64,000 nt of DNA from Sporopachydermia quercuum (Eukaryota): assembly GCA_001599295.1 (NCBI GenBank), contig BCGN01000010.1, forward strand, positions 372,001-436,000. The letters run 5' to 3'. The notes under the pieces are model-generated. The model saw nothing but the letters and a program-made list of their open reading frames with translations, made no database searches and had not been told where the DNA came from. Below, one piece after another: positions 58,816-64,000 of the stretch. The translations under genes were made by a program, and so were the position numbers. Positions within the stretch are counted from its first letter, which is position 1. Each line of letters starts with the position of its first letter.

Positions 58816-59850
58816 AAAAGATGACCTAAGGCAAAGGAGAGAACTAAAAAATAGTGATATTCTGTTCATGATTTGATAGTTATTAGTTATTTGGTGTTTC
58901 GACACTTATCTTACAGACTTGTTATGTACGAATGGCTGTATAAAAGATATATAATATACATTTATGATAGGTGTGATAGTTAAAAGGTACAATTTATTAT
59001 TTAGTATAGATGATAAAAAGTCAATTGATTATAGTCGCTGTTTACACTATAAATAAATATAATTCCATTGAAAGAAGTACGCAAATAATCTGCTCTTGGA
59101 CCTTTTAACCGAGGGACAATAAAAACTCAGTGAAAAGAAAAGTACGACTGTTTAGGCACGGACTCGTCTAGATGAGCTCAAGCATCCAATTAAATTGACG
59201 GATACTATGATTAAACTAATTTCTGGCAGTCTACTGCTCTATTAATTCTGCCTCATAGACACCTTGTTTTGAAGTCACAATTGAGTCTATTTGAAGCACT
59301 ATATTGTGGGAAGGGATCGATTCAAAGTCCCATTCAGACGCTGACAAATAGCTATATCCAGGTTGTAATTGATCTCCACTAATTGATGTAGAGCCAATTC
59401 TACCTTTCATAGCAGGCATATAGATAGTAACGATACATCATAACACTTAGGTTTTGCTCTGTTTGGTTCTGCTACTGATGCTGACCAGTATCAACACCAA
59501 ATCTGTGGACGTTACTTCATAATGCTTTTTTTTCTTATTAACAATATTATGTTTCAATCACACTCTACAATAGCATAAAGTTTCACCAAATTGCGTGCAA
59601 ATCTCGGAATAAAGTTATGAAAATAGAATAATGCCGCCCAATTATTATAATAATGTTATTTTATTTTATGTTATGTACACAGTAGCAAAACCATGTCGGC
59701 TCCAATAGGTTCTTTGTTTATATATCATTGTGTGAATGCCCAATGATGGGGATCAATCCTATTCAACAGACAAGACATTGGTAAATGCACTGACTTTTTG
59801 AACCAACAAAAGCATGAGATTAACTGATAAAGGTATATCAGATTAAATGT

Positions 59851-60670
59851 TTATTTCACTTTCTTGGATTTTCTAATGATGGTTTCATCATCAACATAAA
59901 TGCCCTGTAAAATCTGTTAGTAAAACTACCTCGAGTATATCATTCTAGTTTCTTCCGTTGGGTTATTCTCATAGTACTCATTCCCTGATATCAAATTCGA
60001 GTTTACATACCTTTCCTTTATATGGTTCAGGAGGTCTAATATGTCTTATCTTTCCAGCAAATAATTTGACTTGCTGCTTGTCGATACCTTCCAATACCAA
60101 TCTTGTTGCATTAGGTGAAGATACCCGCACACCTTTTGGAACAGGCAAATATTTCACATCACAGTAACCAACCTTCAATGCAACAACTTTTNCTCCATCG
60201 CGTTCTTCAATACTACATCTATAACCAGTTCCCACCAATTTAACAATACATAAGTGTCCATCTGTCACTCCTAATAGATTGTTCTTCGTGATAGTACGAA
60301 CTGTTCCCCACATAGACTTTTGAAGCTTATCCTTCTCATCCTGTACTTTTACAACGTATTTTGCATCTCCCTGTTTCTCTAAACTAATAAAATCAGGTAC
60401 CTCTAAAAGCATCGAACCAAGAGGTCCTTTGACCTGTAGAGCTTGAGAAATCACCAGTCTTCTTTGACCCTTGTTCTTCACTTTCGATTCCGGTAGATTA
60501 AATAATGTGATTTCAGTGTCCTTTGGTAGGAACAATGGCGAAGGTCCAATATATACACTACAGATACTTGAAGTTGAAAATGTCTTTGGTTGACCCATAA
60601 CTGATCTCAGCTCAGTTAACTGAGCTGTGTTCAGCACCCGAGTATGCATAAGACTTCTAAGTGCTGCCAT
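59851..60670 (-). CDS. MRPL6: Mitochondrial ribosomal protein uL6m, 237 aa; 2 exons (60670-60011, 59904-59851)
   Basis: VKGPLG, MWGTVR, LVGTGYR, and PPEPYKGK|GIYVDDE completed by splicing. Intron 60010-59905 has GTATGT/TACTAAC/CAG. Confidence 0.95.
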
Positions 60671-61152
60671 TGTTGCATCTGTCTAAAAGATATACCAGAT
60701 AGATATATATCAAATATCTCACCAGTGGATAGGCACTTGTGTCTAATCCTTGTATTTTATCTTCATCAAGTTTCACAATCTCAATTTAATTTGTGTTTGA
60801 TTTTCTCTACTTTTCAGTTCATGAGAAGTGCATTTGATATGCTCGAATATAAGCTTACCCGGAGCTAACCCAAATCTCAACACCCCAACACTCAGTTGAC
60901 CTTGTGTTGTCACAAAATGAGATATCATGTTCCGTCTACCATGTATTGGGACAGACATTGATAGTAAGGAAAAAATTTGAATAGTGTGAGAGAGAGATGA
61001 TTGACAATGAAATACGTCTAGATGATAATTAATGACTTGCGCATTCAATAAATGGAGCATTTTTAGCATGTGCAATTTACAGGAATTGCATCTAACGCTT
61101 GATTTAGGAGCAACGGCAAAGAGTTTAGTTGGAAGGGTTTAAACGGTTTAAA

Positions 61153-61874
61153 ATGGTCAGAAAACTAAAATATCATGAGAAGAAGTTGTTGAAGAAGGTG
61201 GATTTCCTTGATGTAAGTTATGAGGTTTTTGTTTAGCGGGTTATGAAGATCCACTGGTATCTATCACCACTGGCTGTTTTTCTTGAAGTTGATGCTAACA
61301 GAGATACATAGTGGAAACAAGATCAAGGTCATAGAGATACACAAGTAATGCGAATGTATCATGTCCAGAATAGGGAAGACTATCATAAATACAACAAGCT
61401 CTGTGGTAAAGTGCGTCAGCTGGCTTATAAATTGTCACAGCTAGATCCTGCAGATCCAGTTAGAATCAAACATGAAGAGCTTTTACTAGACAAGCTGTAT
61501 AAAATGGGAATCTTAGCAACAAAATCCAAAGTGTCTGATCTAGAGAACAAAGTAACAGTGTCTGCTTTCTGCCGAAGGAGGATAGGCGTTGTTATGTGCC
61601 GTAATAAAATGGCTGAAACTGTTAGTGACGCTGTGAAGTTTGTTGAACAAGGCCATGTCAGAATTGGACCACAAGTTATCACAGATCCTGCGTTCTTAGT
61701 TACAAGAAATATGGAAGATTACCTGACATGGGTTGATTCATCTAAGATCAAGCGGAATGTTCTCAAATATAGGAATGCGGTAAGTTCTATTATCAAATCG
61801 CTTTTTCTTCTTTCATCTTATCAGACTATTTACTGACAATGGCACTATAGATTGACGACTTTGATCTTATGTAA
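61153..61874 (+). CDS. IMP3: U3 snoRNP protein Imp3, 183 aa; 3 exons (61153-61212, 61312-61779, 61851-61874)
   Basis: [28 protein letters not shown]...TVSAFCRRR...[20 protein letters not shown]...RNA|IDDFDLM. Introns have GTAAGT/TGCTAAC/TAG and GTAAGT/TACTGAC/TAG. Confidence 0.97.
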
Positions 61875-62007
61875 TATTTACGCAGCAAACATACAAGACT
61901 TATGTATAGTATTTAGACAAGCACTACAGGAAATTCAATTGGGACATGATTATTAAGTAAATGCATTGAATTTTATTCATTTTCTATTTATATTACAGGT
62001 TACTTTG

Positions 62008-63090
62008 TCATATGTATCTGGAATCGTCATATCTTCCATCATTCACGTTGCCACCATTCCGATGTACTATTTCGCCTGATGAATTCACTACATCACCGTT
62101 AGGCATGTTCATATGCGGTGGGACTGGAGGAGCATCAGACAGACTTGTTCTTTCACCCTTCTTACCATTGTTGAAATATAATTTATAGACTGAATTCATT
62201 CTATCCAATGCAGATTCATAACCATCATCATGTTCCCCATTCTCATCTCTAAGTCGTTCCTCTCTATTACTGAGATTTCTAGTCGGTCTTCTTGTTCCAT
62301 TGTTCATAGAGAAGTTAAAATCATCGTTACCAAACTGATCTGGTGTCGGTTCTGGTTGTACTTCGTCATCATCAAAAGCGATTTCTTGCATTTCAATTTC
62401 TTGGGTCGGTGATGGAATTTGAGTATTGTTTACAGGTGATCTCGTATTTGATTGACCTAATTTTTTCTCATGGTAATATGTGGAGCCGGACGAGTCTGAA
62501 CTTGATGCAAAATGTTTCTCAGTGGTGTTCAAAGCTACAGTAGAGGGATTTTGAGGATGTTTTGCTGCGTTCGAGCCAGAAGTGTTATCGTCTAGCACAA
62601 AACTGGTGCTCGTCGAATTTGAATGATAGTAAGGACCTGTATGCCCTCTTGGATGATATAGACTGTAAGCTGTTTCACACGGAGATGATGGTGCAACGCT
62701 TCTAGAAAATGAATCTAGAGAATTTCTAGTTATTCCTTGAGATGGAATCATAAATGGTGCCTCGTAATATGATCGAACTTGAGCTCCATGGGGTAATTTC
62801 TTCTCACTACGATATTGCTCACCATATGGTGGATATCCCATATCTATATCAGGTAGTTGTGTTTCTTCGTTATCAAAATCCAAATCTTCCTTCTCAGTTT
62901 TCTTATTTCGAAGGAAATATTTTACATATAGAGTGACGAAAACAACAAGAATCAGACCAACTGGAATACCAATACTTAATCCAATGGCTAAAGCAGTTGT
63001 ATCAACGGGCTTTTCACATCTGCTCTTATCTTTAAACGAACAATCGTCTCGTGCTACTAGAGCAATAAGTTTCCTTAATTCGTCTGGCAT
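62008..63090 (-). CDS. SKG6: Skg6/Tos2-like single-pass membrane protein
   Basis: RDDC......CEKP followed by the transmembrane segment AIGLSIGIPVGLILVV, basic then acidic residues, and a late RMNSVYKLYF motif. It lies next to IMP3 and MRPL6 as in S. cerevisiae. Confidence 0.75.
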   Translation of the reverse strand: MPDELRKLIALVARDDCSFKDKSRCEKPVDTTALAIGLSIGIPVGLILVVFVTLYVKYFLRNKKTEKEDLDFDNEETQLPDIDMGYPPYGEQYRSEKKLPHGAQVRSYYEAPFMIPSQGITRNSLDSFSRSVAPSSPCETAYSLYHPRGHTGPYYHSNSTSTSFVLDDNTSGSNAAKHPQNPSTVALNTTEKHFASSSDSSGSTYYHEKKLGQSNTRSPVNNTQIPSPTQEIEMQEIAFDDDEVQPEPTPDQFGNDDFNFSMNNGTRRPTRNLSNREERLRDENGEHDDGYESALDRMNSVYKLYFNNGKKGERTSLSDAPPVPPHMNMPNGDVVNSSGEIVHRNGGNVNDGRYDDSRYI

Positions 63091-64000
63091 TATGCTCTAT
63101 ACTTAATATTCTCTCTAGTCCTGCTGTTCTATCCTTCTGTACTAAACGCCGTGATCAAACTTAGACCAGCTAAAATATGATCACCAAACTGTAAAATGAA
63201 GTATAGATTTCGTGAAAATACTATCGTATAACCTGAAACCTGAAGATTCAAAAGATATCAAATGAAAGTAAGTAGATACTGTGAAATAGATATCTTGAAT
63301 GCCTGAGTGTTGTTCAACCACCCTTTATTCTTTCGTAATTGCTTCTCGCGTGAACCCTATGAGTGTCTTTTGTTGATCTCTCTCTTTTGATCGAATTGGC
63401 AATTTCCCCCTTCAGAATAACCAGTCACCAGTCTTCAAGAGCACCTAGAAATTAAAGACGATAGCTAAACATTTCAACACCTATTAACAGCTAATCATGG
63501 ATACAGTGTTGATAACGAAAAAGTGAGTTGAAAGGAATCTTTTATTTCCTTCAATTTTTAGTACTTTCTCTGGTTTCTTTTTCGTTTGCTCTGAATTCCA
63601 GACTCTTGAACGTTTCAGACCCTTATTAAAGTTAGCGTTTGTTGCCAAAAATAGTACTATTGACTAAATAGGTAAGCCTGAAATCGAGACGATTCAAAAA
63701 AGTTGTCGATAAATCTCATGAACATATTGATTTTATTGATGGATAAAGTAAGCTTTTCTGCATAATTGTTGGTAGAAAAAATTATCTAAATTGAAAGTAC
63801 TGAAAATGTTTTTAAATCCCCTCATTTGATTTATTAATTCGTTTTTTCTTCTCTATTATATTGCCTCATTCTTAGGCAGTGTCAATTGGAGAAAACATAA
63901 TCATGTCCATAACATTAACCTTTACTAAAGATTCTCTATATTTATTTAGTAGACTTTGTTCAGATCCTCAAACTCTATGCAAAGAGACGCATTGACATAC

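Noticed and set aside
52054..61874. Alternative CUG decoding (Ser or Ala clades)
   Set aside because: CTG codons fall on conserved Leu positions (THS1 FDEL, FKLL; IMP3 QLA, KLY), which supports the standard code.

Overview
Eukaryotic DNA from an AT-rich budding yeast (Saccharomycotina). It uses the standard genetic code: CTG falls on conserved Leu positions in THS1 and IMP3. The window is a gene-dense housekeeping region with 25 protein genes and one intron-containing tRNA-Phe gene. In order: PET100, HSP42-like, LCB4/5, MET3, PDX1, SPO7, MIL1, glycogenin, a fungal ADAM metalloprotease, a PWWP protein, tRNA-Phe(GAA), an ECM21/CSR2-type arrestin, a 5-exon NSA1-like WD40 gene, PRP21, SNA3/4-like, a YDL177C-like IMPACT gene, DLD2, AIR1/2, THS1, YIL077C-like, SEC28, DUF3237, MRPL6, IMP3 and SKG6-like. 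I reconstructed 12 spliceosomal introns in 7 genes that the ORF track splits or truncates. I found no CRISPR array, rRNA or intact mobile element. The most notable observations are: (1) a candidate 45-nt intron that would delete the stop codon of the splicing-factor gene PRP21, followed by a U2-snRNA-like segment; (2) a canonical-looking 3'UTR intron after the arrestin gene; (3) a ~250-bp hairpin- and CACGTG-containing tandem duplication directly upstream of the tRNA; (4) a dense one-strand UGCAU cluster between SPO7 and PDX1; (5) a divergent NSA1-like protein with a large acidic insertion. Gene names are recognised from memory of the protein families, not from a database search.
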